Source of the DNA: Octopus sinensis
Taxonomy: Eukaryota
Reading direction: 5' to 3'
Assembly (NCBI RefSeq): GCF_006345805.1
Contig: NC_043002.1
Location: 59,086,001-59,150,000 of the forward strand
Length of the DNA: 64,000 nt
Made by a program: the position numbers and the translations under genes. Below, one piece after another: positions 12,938-24,774 of this stretch. A model generated the notes under the pieces. It was not told the origin of the DNA, did not search any database, and saw only the letters and a program-made list of their open reading frames with translations. Within the stretch, counting starts at the first letter, position 1. Each line of letters begins with the position of its first letter.

Positions 12938-15361
12938 ATGCTGGGGGACAACGAAAGCCTCCCAATTGATAACGACAACTATCTGGAAAATTGGAAAGAA
13001 AAACGACGGACAAAGAAGAAAGACTTACCTGTTACCTTGACAGAGGAGGAAAAGGAGGAGGTGAAGAAAGCAAAGACAATGCTCACAGAGAGAGGAGGAG
13101 GTAATGTCAGGGGAGCAGGAAAAGAAGAGGCTGTATTGCGTACTGGAGGTGGTGCGATGAAGGACTCAAGAAGATGGACTGTAGCGGATGAGAGTGGAAT
13201 ACAGGGTTTGGGAGGAAAATTGGGTTTAGAGAAAGAGGCTGACGCTTCCAAAGAGTCAGAATTAGAGAGGGTTTTTAGAAGACGGGGAAGTGGCTTAAAG
13301 GATGTGAAGTCTATGCTACAGCAACAAGAACAAGAGAAACATAATGAAGTGCTCCAACGACAACAAAGGTCTCGGTCAATGATCAGTTCTCTAAAGTACC
13401 ATGACAATGATAAGAAGATTGAAGATGACAAAGGCAAAGCTGATCGTGGTTGTGGTGGTGGTGGTGGTGGTGGTGATGACGACGGTGGTAACCAAGGGCA
13501 GCATGGTGGAGACGACAAGAAAGATGAAAAAAATAAGGATCAGGACACACTGCATGATCCCCTTCATTGTCGACCTGGCCACCATGAAGGGGATAACCAT
13601 GATATCAACAAAGACAACAGCAACAAAAACAATGTAACTTCCCCCAGTCCTCGTTCTCGGTCGTCTACAGGTGAATGTCTTAAACAAGTTCCTCAGACAA
13701 GGAGTGGAACTAAGGAAGAGGAGAAGGAGAGGATAGGAAAAATAGATAAAGAGAAGGAGAGGGTAGGAAAAATAGATAAAGAGAAGGAAGAAAAGGAGAG
13801 GGTAAGAAAAATAGATAAAGAGAAGGAAGAGAAGGAGAGGGTAGGAAAAACAAATAAAGAGAAGGAAGAGGAGAAGGTAGGAAAAATAGATAAAGAGAAG
13901 GAAAAGAAGGAGAGGGTAGGAAAAACAAATAAAGAGAAGGAAGAGGAGAAGGTAGGAAAAATAGATAAAGAGAAGGAAAAGAAGGAGAGGGTAGGAAGAA
14001 TAGATAAAGAGAAAGAAGAGAAGGAGGACATCCCAGAGGTGGGGAAGAGGAAGGATAGTTATGATGATAGTAGGAGTAAGGCGAGAAGAGAGAGTAATGA
14101 TGATGGTGTGAGCAACAGAAAGGAGAAGTCTCAGAAGGGTGAGGGTAAGAGTGAGAGGAGGGATAAAGGTGAGAAGGAAGGCAAAGAGAAAGTGAAGGAG
14201 GTGAAGCAGGAGGGAAGAGGTGTTGGGGAGGATAAAACCAACAGGTTAAGCGGCTTGAGTGAGCCGTGTGCAGCTGAGGATAATCCTAAGACTTCTGCAT
14301 CATGCACTGACAGCAACGCACCTTTAGTTGCTGCTACTGCTGCTGCCGGCAGTGTTGATGAAAAATTAACACAACCTTCACAGACTGCTGCAGCTACTAC
14401 AACTACTACTACTACTGGTACTGCTACTACTACTACCACTGTTAAAGCTCTTACTTCTACTGCTTCAACTGAAGCTGAAGCTGATCGTCCTGTTGTCCGA
14501 AGATCAACACGACTAACAACAACAACATCAAAAGCATCAGCAGCAGCAGTCGCTGCAGAAGTATCTAGTAAGTTTAAGCGACCCCAGAGCTCGTTTTCTC
14601 CATCATCAACATCATCATCATCAGCAGTTTCTGGATCTTCTCCTGTCTTCCAACCACTTAAAAGACCACTGTCTTTGGCTCAAGCTTCACACCCATTGCC
14701 AGCTTCACCGTCCAAACTTTCAGCGAAGACAACAACAACGACCACCACCACTGCCACCACCAGCATCACTGCCACCAACCCCACTTCAACTTCAACATCG
14801 GATAGTTCCTCCTCTGCTGTTTCTCCTTTGTCTTCACTTTTGTCTTCTTCCTCGTCTTCATCTTCACTAACCAGACCACTGAGAGTAACTGCACCAACAT
14901 CCGGCCTTCCGCCTCTGGCGTTGAAACCTCACCTTGGCCTTACAAATTCAGAACTACAGACAGATCAAAATACTGCTCCGGCTCCAGAGCCAAATAAGTC
15001 CCAGGAAGTTGCCTCCACCATTCCTGAGATTTCAGGAGAGGTTGTCACTAAAGTTAACAGTAGCAAAAACAACAACGAGATACCACAACAATGCCTGGAA
15101 TCAGCTCTTACCAATTGTGAATCTGACTCCAAAGAAACCAAAAGTAGTATAGAACCTCCAAGTGATTCAGGACTGGATACAGGAATAGAACCACTTGTAA
15201 GTCCCAATTCAGATCTTGACCAAACTGACTTTAGTCAGTCAAATGACCACAATGAGGAGAAGGATACAGTCTCTGAGATTTTGACCTTGAGCCAGAAGAA
15301 GGTTGATTTCAACTTGGAACTCAGCAAAAGTAGTTCAGATATATATGGCATCATGAAACAG
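12938..15361 (+). CDS. Large coding exon of an unidentified host gene: K/E-rich and S/T-rich, probably disordered
   Basis: 808 uninterrupted codons that end exactly at a consensus donor (CAG|GTAAGC, GT at 15362, phase 0). The embedded simple repeats are trinucleotide-based and keep the frame open. The 5' boundary is uncertain (AG at 12839, 12859 or 12937). Confidence 0.75.
13715..14030 (+). repeat. Coding tandem repeat, about 8 copies of KEKE(E)KERVGKID
   Basis: In-frame units of ~30-40 bp, visible in both DNA and protein. Confidence 0.9.
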
Positions 15362-15555
15362 GTAAGCCAGAAAACATTTTTTTAAAATTTTCTTTTTGTT
15401 TTTGTTTTTTTTATCTTCTCTAGGCAGAGGTTTGGTTGTGTGGTAAGAAGCTTGCTTCCAACCACATGGTTCCGGGTCAAATGTCTTCTGCTATAGCCTT
15501 GGGCTGACCAAATCCTTGTGAGTGGATTTGGTCGACAGAAACTGAAAGAAGCCTG

Positions 15556-15594
<39 letters not shown>

Positions 15595-15771
15595 CATACC
15601 TTGATACTGTGTGAACTAAGATCCCTGCTGACAGGCCACTGGTATTTATAGAGTGTTAAACACTTTCAGTATGCAAATTAGGGACTCCTTCATAGAGTAA
15701 CTAATGCATTTGTTGAGTATATAAACAGTTTGGCTGCTTGTTTCTCTGAAGACTGACAGAATGATGTAGAT

Positions 15772-15814
15772 GCCTCTGATGAGAACCCTGTAAGGTTTGA
15801 AGATCGATTAAGGT
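15772..15814 (+). ncRNA. Minimal type I hammerhead-like motif (Penelope-type), one core substitution
   Basis: GCCT-CTGATGA-GAACC ctgtaa GGTTT-GAA-G ATCGAT T-A-AGGT. Stems I and II pair and the stem III loop is palindromic, but A15.1 is G. Confidence 0.5.
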
Positions 15815-15844
15815 TGTTCATCATTATTTTCAGTCTATGAGAAA

Positions 15845-16053
15845 AGGCTAAAATTTGCCCTCTTTTACTTGCTTCAGTCATTTGACTGCGGCCATGCTGG
15901 AGCACCGCCTTTAATCGAGCAACTCGACCCCAGGACTTATTCTTTTGTAAGCCCAGTACTTATTCTATCGGTCTCTTTTGCCGAACCACTAAGTAACTGG
16001 GACATAAATACACCAGCGTCGGTTGTCAAGCAATGTTAGGGGATCAAACACAG

Positions 16054-16104
<51 letters not shown>

Positions 16105-16270
16105 CGATGGGCTTCTTTCAGTTTCCGTCTACCAAATCCACTCACAAGGCTTTGGTCGGCCCGAGGCTATAGTAGAAGATGCTTGCTCAAGGTGCCACGC
16201 AGTGGCACTGAACCCGGAACCATGTGGTTGGTAAAAAAGCTACTTACAACATAGCCACTCCTGCACCTGT
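15845..16270 (-). mobile_element. SINE family B
   Basis: Full head, microsatellite middle and tail, homologous to 2640-3066. Confidence 0.8.
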
Positions 16271-16542
16271 TTATAATTCTACCATATGTTACCAACAAGA
16301 GTAAACAAGAGAGACAGAAGCAGGCAGAAACAAGGAAAATGCCCCTTGTATTTGAATACTATGCAAACATTCTTTTAAAATACTTTTTATTTAATTTTTC
16401 CCAAATTTAATTGTTTTCCATACTTACAGTTGAAAAAGTCTCAATGACCGAAACTGGTACTGAAATGTTTTTTATAAAATTATTTTAGCATTTTCTCTTT
16501 TGTGTTTTTTTCCATACATGTATATATGTGTGTGTATATATA

Positions 16543-16573
<31 letters not shown>

Positions 16574-17243
16574 CTCCCCCATTCCCGTCGTCCATCTGCG
16601 ACGATACTTCCGTCGTAACTGCTATCCTGTCTTTTCTCGCCCGCCTTGTAAGGCTACTGGTCGACATATTTTCTCTCTCTCGTCGTCCACGATAATCCAG
16701 CGTTTGCAATACTTTTTTCGTCTGGCGTTAACAGCCCTTCTTATCTTGTTCTCCTTGTCCTGTCTCTCACTGTTATATATTTATTTTTCCACTGTTTATA
16801 TATATATTTTTTACTGTTTATATGTTTGTACTGTCGTTACCGTCTTGCTTTTTTTTACCCCTCTGCGAAAAGATCTCAGAATTTTAATTGATTTGCTTTT
16901 CGCGGGAAGGAAGTTTTCTTCGAAGTATACGTCTCGCTTTTATCCTTCGAAACGTTTAGTAGATGAAACCTTAGCGACTGAAGAAGGGGATTTTTCGTTG
17001 TGCTTATTGTCCTGTATCTCTCTTTTTTTTTGCTTGTCTTGTTCCTTGGTTTGTGTCTATGTGTTTCGTCTCTCTATGTGTTCGACGTCTTTTTGGTGTC
17101 CTGTACACATATATGCGTGTATATGTACATGTAGAGGTAGGTACGTACATATATGTTTATATATATGCATATGTTCTATTTTATTAACATATATATATAT
17201 ATATATATATACATACATACATGTATATATATATGTGTATATA

Positions 17244-17480
17244 TACTAGCAGTATCGCCTGGCATTGCTCGGGTTTGTTTCGACCCTTTAGAATTGAAAT
17301 TTTTGAAAAGTAAAAATATTGCACTATGTAGCTTGTTATAGTCTTTAAGTGAACATTTTTCTGGTTGAAATACACCGAAAAATGGTGACACAGCAGTCAG
17401 AAAATCGTAAAAAATAGGGATTTTCATAGAAAAAAAGCACCTTTTTGATGTAAATAAGTTTTGGTGTTAACATGGTCTGA
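17244..17480 (-). mobile_element. 3' end of a non-autonomous Helitron-type element
   Basis: Minus strand ends CCCGAGCAATGCCAGG-CGATACTG-CTAG (subterminal hairpin plus CTAG). The same terminus occurs at ~56645. Confidence 0.6.
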
Positions 17481-17664
17481 TTTGAATTCTTTGTTATTTT
17501 TCAAATATGACCGAAATGAAGGCTGTGTATCTCAACAGAGATATAATAACTAATCCTGGTTCCTGATGGTGTTGGGAATTATGTTGTTTTTTTAAGCACC
17601 ATCTTAGAAAGTTTGTTTTGCATCCGATTATAGCAGCGACTCCATCAATTTCTAGGGATACTCT

Positions 17665-18045
17665 TTTACTTGTTTCAGTCATTTGACTATGGCCATGCTG
17701 GAGCACCGCCTTTAGTCAAGTAAATCGACCCCAGGACTTATTCTTTGTAAGCCTAGTACTTATTCTATCAATCTCTTTTGCCGAACCGCTAAGTTACGGG
17801 GATGTAAACACACCACCATCGGTTGTCAAGCGATGTTGGGGTGACAAACACAAACATATACACTCATATACATACATATATATACATATATATGATGGGC
17901 TTCTTTCAGTTTCTGTCTACCAAATCCACTCACAGGGCTTTGGTCAGCCTGAGACTATAGTAGAAGACATTTGCCCAAGGTGCCACACAGAGGGACTGAA
18001 CCCAGAACCATGTTGTTGGTAAGCAAATTACTTACCACACAACTT
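17665..18045 (-). mobile_element. SINE family B
   Basis: Homologous to 15845-16270. Confidence 0.8.
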
Positions 18046-18171
18046 TTTATTATGAAATATCATATCAGACTATGCATGATTAAATTACAACAATTTTTAT
18101 AGTCCATTGTTTGTATTATAGTGCATTGCTGTGTCATTCAAAACATTCTATTCTTTATAATAACTAATGGG

Positions 18172-18700
18172 TTAGCCCTTTTGATACCTGTTTTTAAGTG
18201 ATCCAAATTAAAAGCTTCCATCAAAAGTTCTTGTAATTTATATTCCAAACACCAACTTAATAATAATTGATTTTATTAAATTCTTCATTATTCTAAAAAT
18301 CAACTGAAACAAGGACAGGGTATTTCAATGGAAATTTTGTGGGGGGGGGGGGGGGTTTCAAGTGATCTAAATTAAAACTTTTCAAAACATTTGCTTAATC
18401 ATGACAACTATTTTATTAAATTCTTCATTATTTTCAAAATGTGTATTTCTGTAGAGGTATGGTAAGAAAAGGATTAATCCTTTTGATTCCAATCTGTTTG
18501 AGACTGCCTTGAATTCTATGATGCAAACTTCTTGTTGATGTGATTTATGTTAGAATCTACCATTGAAATTTCCTATTAATTTATGCTCCAAACACAAAAC
18601 TTAATAATGACAAAGTTTGTTTATTTTTTTTTTATTTTAAAATTTAATCAAAACAAAAGCAGTGTTTTTTCGACAAAAATATAGTAATGAAAGGGTTAAA
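18172..18700. mobile_element. Possible piggyBac-like MITE with internal degenerate repeats
   Basis: Begins TTAGCCCTTT and ends AAAGGGTTAA. The ATTAAATTCTTCATTATT block is repeated inside. Confidence 0.35.
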
Positions 18701-19792
18701 AATTAGGATAATAGATAAAGCTCCTTCTCAAGCCACGTGTGTCATAGTTTCCTGATTTCTGTGGTGTCTATATTCCCCCTGGATGGGATGCCGCTTCATC
18801 GCAGGATTACTCGCTTTTGCCAGCTGAGCAGACTGGAGTAATGTGGAAAGAAATGTTTTGCTCAAGAACACATTACACTGTGTGGTTCAGGAGTTGAAAC
18901 CACAATCTTACAATCACCCTCACCACTAAGCCACAGGGCATGAAACATCGGATTATGCAGTTTTGGGTCTATAACCATATGGAATGATCATATGTTGAAT
19001 GGATCTGATAGGTCTGTCCTCAAACATAGCAACTACAAACACACCAAAATCTGATAGACTTTTGTGTAGTTATAGAAATTGCAGTCAAATCTCCCTCAAA
19101 TTATACCATTTTAACCTTTTGCTTGTCCAAAGCATTTTAATAAGTTTTTCCTGAACGTCTTTGCTTGCTTTCAGGCTTTTAGTTACTCTGTGTTTCATGT
19201 GCTAAGTCTCTAAGTTACTCTGGTGGTTGACAAAAATTAAGAATGCGTACCATATATGAGGCATGAATTCTGAGGAAATATGTTCTGAATATCACACGTG
19301 ACACAGGACAAGCTAAGGATTTAAAACAGAGGGGACACACTGGATGATGTAATTCTTGATGGACTGTTTTCATCATCATCATCATCATCGTCGTTTAACG
19401 TCCATTTTCCATGCATGCATGGATAGGATGGTTGACAGGAACCAGTCAGGGAGAAAATCTACCCTAAGCTACTGTGTCTGTTTTGTCAAGAATTTTACGG
19501 CTGGATGGCCTTCCTAACACCAACCACTTCACAGAGTGGACTTGGTGCTTTTTATCTGGCACTAGCACAGGCAAGGTTAGTTTTGGCATGATTTCTACAG
19601 CTGGATGTAAAAAGTCCCACCTGCGAGGTCATGCGCTGTTTATGTTGATATGAGGTCACCATGTCATGCACATATGGTTGTGATGTATGTGTCTGGTGTA
19701 CCTTTATCGGATGGGTAGTCATGATGGGTATACTGGGCTTTGTATATTTTACCCCAGTGTCACTTTGATGGCATGCCCTGCTCTCTCACTCA

Positions 19793-19827
<35 letters not shown>

Positions 19828-20859
19828 TTCTTGGAATTATGGCACAAGTTTTTGAGGGGAGGAGCAAAGTTAATTACATCAATGCAAATGCTCAATTGGT
19901 ACTTATTTCATCACGCCCAAATGGACGAAAGGCAGAGTTGACCTGGACTGCATTTGAATTCATAACCTGAAGAAATACCGCTAAGCACTCTTTCTGGTAT
20001 GGTAATGATTCTGCCAGCTTGTTGCCATGCCAACAGATCAGATGTAGGGAAATCTATGTCATTGTTTTAAATATTACTATTTTAAGTTTTGATAACAAAA
20101 ATTATAATTACAACGCAATGATGTTATTTCACTTATCAACAAAAAATGAAGACACCCTTCCTTAATTAGACTACCCAAATAATAATAATCTTAATTAGAT
20201 AACCCAATTACCAACACTAATTAAATATACAACACAAGTCATTATATTCTTGTTGGTAGGAATAGAATATCTTTTTTACAAAATAGGCCAATGTGAAATT
20301 TTTTTTCTCAACTTTAGAAATTATAAGCGATAAAATAAATGTGTAGGTGTGGATGTGTGGTTAAGAAGTTTGCTTCCTAATCATGTGGTGTGGGGTTCAG
20401 TCCCACTGCGTGGCATTTTGAACAAATGTCTTCTGTTGTCGTTCTGGACTGACAAAAGCCTTGCAAGTAGAGTTAATAGACAGAAACTGAATGAAGCCTG
20501 CAAATCAGTGACCGGTGGTCACTTTGTTTACAATATATCGCTGGCTGGAGAGCAGACCTTGGCTATTGCTCTGGTGACAGGGTGTTTGTGACTGAGGATG
20601 AGCCAAGCAGCTTGAAACTGAGTCAGTCTCACAATCCTGGTGTCTGTTAGAAGATGGTAGGGGTTTGCTCCCCCTGCTAACAATATGTATTGTATATAAA
20701 AGGCGCAGCATAGCACTGATAACCAGCTGGGAGACAATCTGCCTGGGGTTAAATTAGTAGTAACATGGAGCAGCCATTTTGATGTGGTGATTGTCTTTAC
20801 TTGTTATTATAGTTACTACTCTGATCTCTTCTTGAGATTTTACGACAAGCATATGCATC

Positions 20860-21595
20860 ATCATCATCGCTTAACGTCCGTTTTCTGTGCTAGCACGGGT
20901 TGGACAGTTCAACTGGGGTCTGGGAAGCCAGGAGGCTGCACCAGGCTCCAGTTTGATCTGGCAGTGTTTCTACAGCTGGATGCCCTTCCTAACGCCAACC
21001 ACACTGTGAATGTAGTGGGTGATTTTTACGTGCCAGGGGAAGCTGGCAGCGGCCACGATTGGTTGGTGCTTTTTACGTGCCACCGGCACGGAAGCAAGTC
21101 AAGGCAGCACTGGCATTGGCCACGTTTGGATAGTGCTTTTTACATGCCACCAGCACAGGTGTCACAACTACAATTTCCATTTGATATTTATTTTGATGTT
21201 GATGTACTTGACTCAATAGGTCTCCTCAAGCACAGCAGGTCACCCTACAATCCAAGGTAAGCACAGCAGGTCGTTCTGCAATCCAAGACACTTTGGATGG
21301 GCTGGGGCTGCTATGCGAATCTGGTGCAGGAAACAACCATGAACTCAAGTTATTTGTCGGGTCTTTGCAGTCACAGCATATCTCCAGAGATCTTGGTCTT
21401 TCGTCATTGCCTCTGTGAGGCCCAGTGTTCGAAGGTCATGCTTGACCACCTCATCCCATGTCTTCCTAGGTCTACCATGCCCTTGGATTCCTTCTACTGT
21501 TTGGGAGTGGCACTTCTTCACACATCTCTCCTCATCCATCCGTAGTACATGACCATACCAGTGCAAACGTCTCTCTTGCACACCACATCTGATTA
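20860..21595 (-). mobile_element. RTE 3' fragment (ORF end + UTR + tail)
   Basis: IRCGVQERRLHWYGHVLRMDEERCVKKC..RPRKTWDEVVKHDLRTLGL matches the end of the 3676 ORF. Confidence 0.88.
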
Positions 21596-21780
21596 AATGC
21601 TCTTTTTTGATTGCCTCGATAACTGACAAAATACCGGAGCAGTTTTTCTCCCCAACATCCGAAACTCGGAGTCTTATTATGGCAACCGAATAATTGTCAC
21701 ATATTATATTACAGATAAATTCCTTTATTTACATAATATCAAGGTCTCATTCATTCTTTTGTTTTCTTACCATTACTAGA

Positions 21781-21830
<50 letters not shown>

Positions 21831-21923
21831 TCTAGAAAAGAAATTTAGGGTGTGGAAGCTAGGTTTAGAATCAAAAGGTGGTGCTCCATCATGGCCACGG
21901 TCAAATAATTGAAACAAGTAAAA

Positions 21924-21958
<35 letters not shown>

Positions 21959-23383
21959 CATGTGTTTGTGTGTGTGTATCCATGTCTAGATATCATATGA
22001 AGGTTGTTCATTTCTAATCTTCCGTGAAAACAAGACATGTTGAGCTGTGGGAAAATATTATCTCCCTTGGAAGCAGGAAGGTTGGTGACAGGAAGAGCAT
22101 CTGGCTGCAGAAAATCTGCCTCAACAAATTCCATCTGACACATGCAAGCATATGAAAAACGTTGATGTTAAATATTGATGAAATATATGTACTAATCTAG
22201 AGTCAGGCTGATTTACTCGAATGTAGGAAAATTTACCCAGTGGGAATAGATTTTATTGCAGTTTAGGAACCCCTGCTTTAGCTCAGCCCTTTTCCATTTC
22301 TGAAGAAAATAAACATTGTAAGTGGACCTCAATGATATTTCATAGTGCTACCAATCTGAAAAAGAGAGAGAAAGAGAGAAGAAAGGACGAATGGAGTCAG
22401 TACTGGTGCTTAAGTGGTATTTGGTTATCTACCCAGGAAGAATAGAAGATAAAATTGACTTAGCCAGGATTTGAACTCAGAACAAAAAGCTTGGTACAAA
22501 TATTTTTTCTACTCTAGGTACAAGGCCTGAAATTTTTGGGGAGGGAGCCTATCGATTAAACCGACCCCAGTACGCAACTGGAACTTAATTTATTGACCCC
22601 AAAAGGATGAAAGGCAAAGTTGACCGTGGCAGAATTTGAACTCAGAACATAAAAGACAGATGAAATACTACTAAGCATTTCAACCAGCCTGCTAATGTTT
22701 CTGCCAGCTCCCCCGCCTTTAGCTTGGTACAAATATTACAAAGTCAAGGAGAGAAAATGGGAAACTGAATGGAGCAAGTATTTGTGTGGTAGTTTATATT
22801 ATTGATCATGCAATGACAAAAAATAAATAAATAAATAAATAAAATGAAGTTAATTGTGGCAGAAATTGAACTTAGAACAAAAGGATTTGACACATTAATT
22901 GCAAAGTACCTAACCACTACTCTAACAGTTAAATCTTTTATCTCTTATCTTTTACTTGGTTCAGCCTCTGGCCATGCTGGGGCACCACCACGAAGAATTT
23001 TACTGGAACAAATTGACCCCAGAACTTATTTTTTTCCTTATGCCAGGTACTTATTCTCTTGATCTCTTCTGCCAAACTGCTATGTTACCAGGTTGTAAAC
23101 AAACCAACACCGGCTGTCAAGTGGTGGTAGGAGTCAAACACAGACACAAAACATACAGACACGATGGGATTCTTTCAGTTTCCAACTATCAAATCCATTC
23201 ACAAGGCTTTGCTCAGATCAGGGTTATAGTAGAAGACACTTGCCTAAGATGCCAAGCATCTTTCTTCCCATGTGGTTGGGAAGAAAGCTTTTTACCAATA
23301 CAGCCATGCCTATATCTCAAACAACAATTTAAACATCAACAGCATGAATTCTTTTTTCAAAAAATGTTTGGTTAATTAATATA

Positions 23384-23951
23384 TTGGGTTGTCCGGAAAG
23401 TTTGTGCCGATTTATAGTAGCTTATCTTTCGACTAATTTTAGAACATGGTTTAGTCCATAAAATAGGATTTGACTACACCTCCATTTAGAGCACAGTTTA
23501 AGCTATCTTTTCGTGGAAGAAGGTATATGTTCCTATAAGCTGTGTTAATTCTGTAACCCTTTAAAATGGAAGATAAGAAAGTTCATTTTTGGCACTTGAT
23601 GCTTTGGGAACCAGACAAAAATTGCTGCAGCTCGGCTGGGATGTATTACCCTACCCTTCATATTCACCAGATATTGCTCCTTCAGATTTTCCACTTATTC
23701 AGGTCTCTGCAGAGTAGTCTTAATGGTAAAAAATTTCAATTCCTAGGATGACATAAAAAGATACCTTGATGAATTCTTTGCCATGAAGCCACCTCAATTC
23801 TGGGGAGAGGGTATTTTCAAGTTAAAGGAAAGATGGAGACGCATTGTTCAACAAAATGGTTCATATTTGGTTGATTAAAAATGTAATGGCAAGTATTTAT
23901 TGACCTTTTTCTTTCCTTTAAAAATCAGCTCGAAATTTCCGGACAACCCAA
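23384..23951 (+). mobile_element. Internally deleted mariner transposon
   Basis: TIRs TTGGGTTGTCCGGAAA / TTTCCGGACAACCCAA with TA on the left. An N-terminal MEDKKVHFWHLML is joined to C-terminal GWDVLPYPSYSPDIAPSD..HLFRSLQSSLNGKKF and ..WRRIVQQNGSYLVD*. Confidence 0.9.
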
Positions 23952-24600
23952 AAGAAGCAGATATATTAATTGTTGTTACTATAGTCACAAGAACGACAAC
24001 AGCAGCAACAACACTTAACCATGCCCCCCACCTCCACATCATCCTACAGCACTGTTAATGCTATTACAAACATTATTGTAATCCACCGCAGATGTGACAA
24101 ACCTGGTGTATGCTGAAGGTGTGTGTGTGTGTGTGGGTGGGTGGGTGCATATTTGTCTGAGTAATCTTAAGCTGATGACTATGTCAATGATGATGATAAA
24201 GGTATTGATGTTTGCTCAGTATCCTATTAATTTAATTTTATAAGGACTATCTGTGTGTCTATCTATCTATCTATTTAAAATCATCATCACAATTTAATAT
24301 ATAAACATATAAACACACACAAACATATATGGATGATAATGATATATATATACATGACATATATATATATATATATATATCATATGTGGCACCTTGGTAT
24401 GTGTCCTCTACTATAGCCTTGGGCTGACCAAACCCTTGTGAGTGGATTTGGCAGACGAGAACTGAAAGAATCCCAATGTATGTATGTATATATATATATG
24501 CACACATACATACATACACACACATATATATATATATAGATAGATGTGTGAATGGCTTAGCATATGTAAAAGACCCATAACGGTAAAAAATTATCATTTA

Positions 24601-24696
24601 ATAATTAAGGATACTAACAAGCAGTACTGGCATATGCTAAATATAGCAGTCAAAATATTGCTATATTTAGCATGCTGGTACTGCTTGTTAGTACCC

Positions 24697-24704
<8 letters not shown>
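24601..24704. repeat. Imperfect fold-back, ~47-bp arms and 10-nt loop
   Basis: ATAATTAAGG.TACTAACAAGCAGTAC..GCTAAATATAGCA and its reverse complement. Confidence 0.85.

Positions 24705-24774
<70 letters not shown>

Noticed and set aside
12979-14439. Antisense ORFs overlapping the large exon
   Set aside because: They are expected shadows of a purine-rich repetitive coding strand.
16905-17000. Apparently permuted hammerhead halves (GAA..ACGTC-TCGC ... GCGA-CTGAAGA-AGGGG) in a GC-richer TA-flanked segment
   Set aside because: A canonical GAAA/stem III and stem II could not be assembled together. At best it is a decayed Penelope-type remnant.
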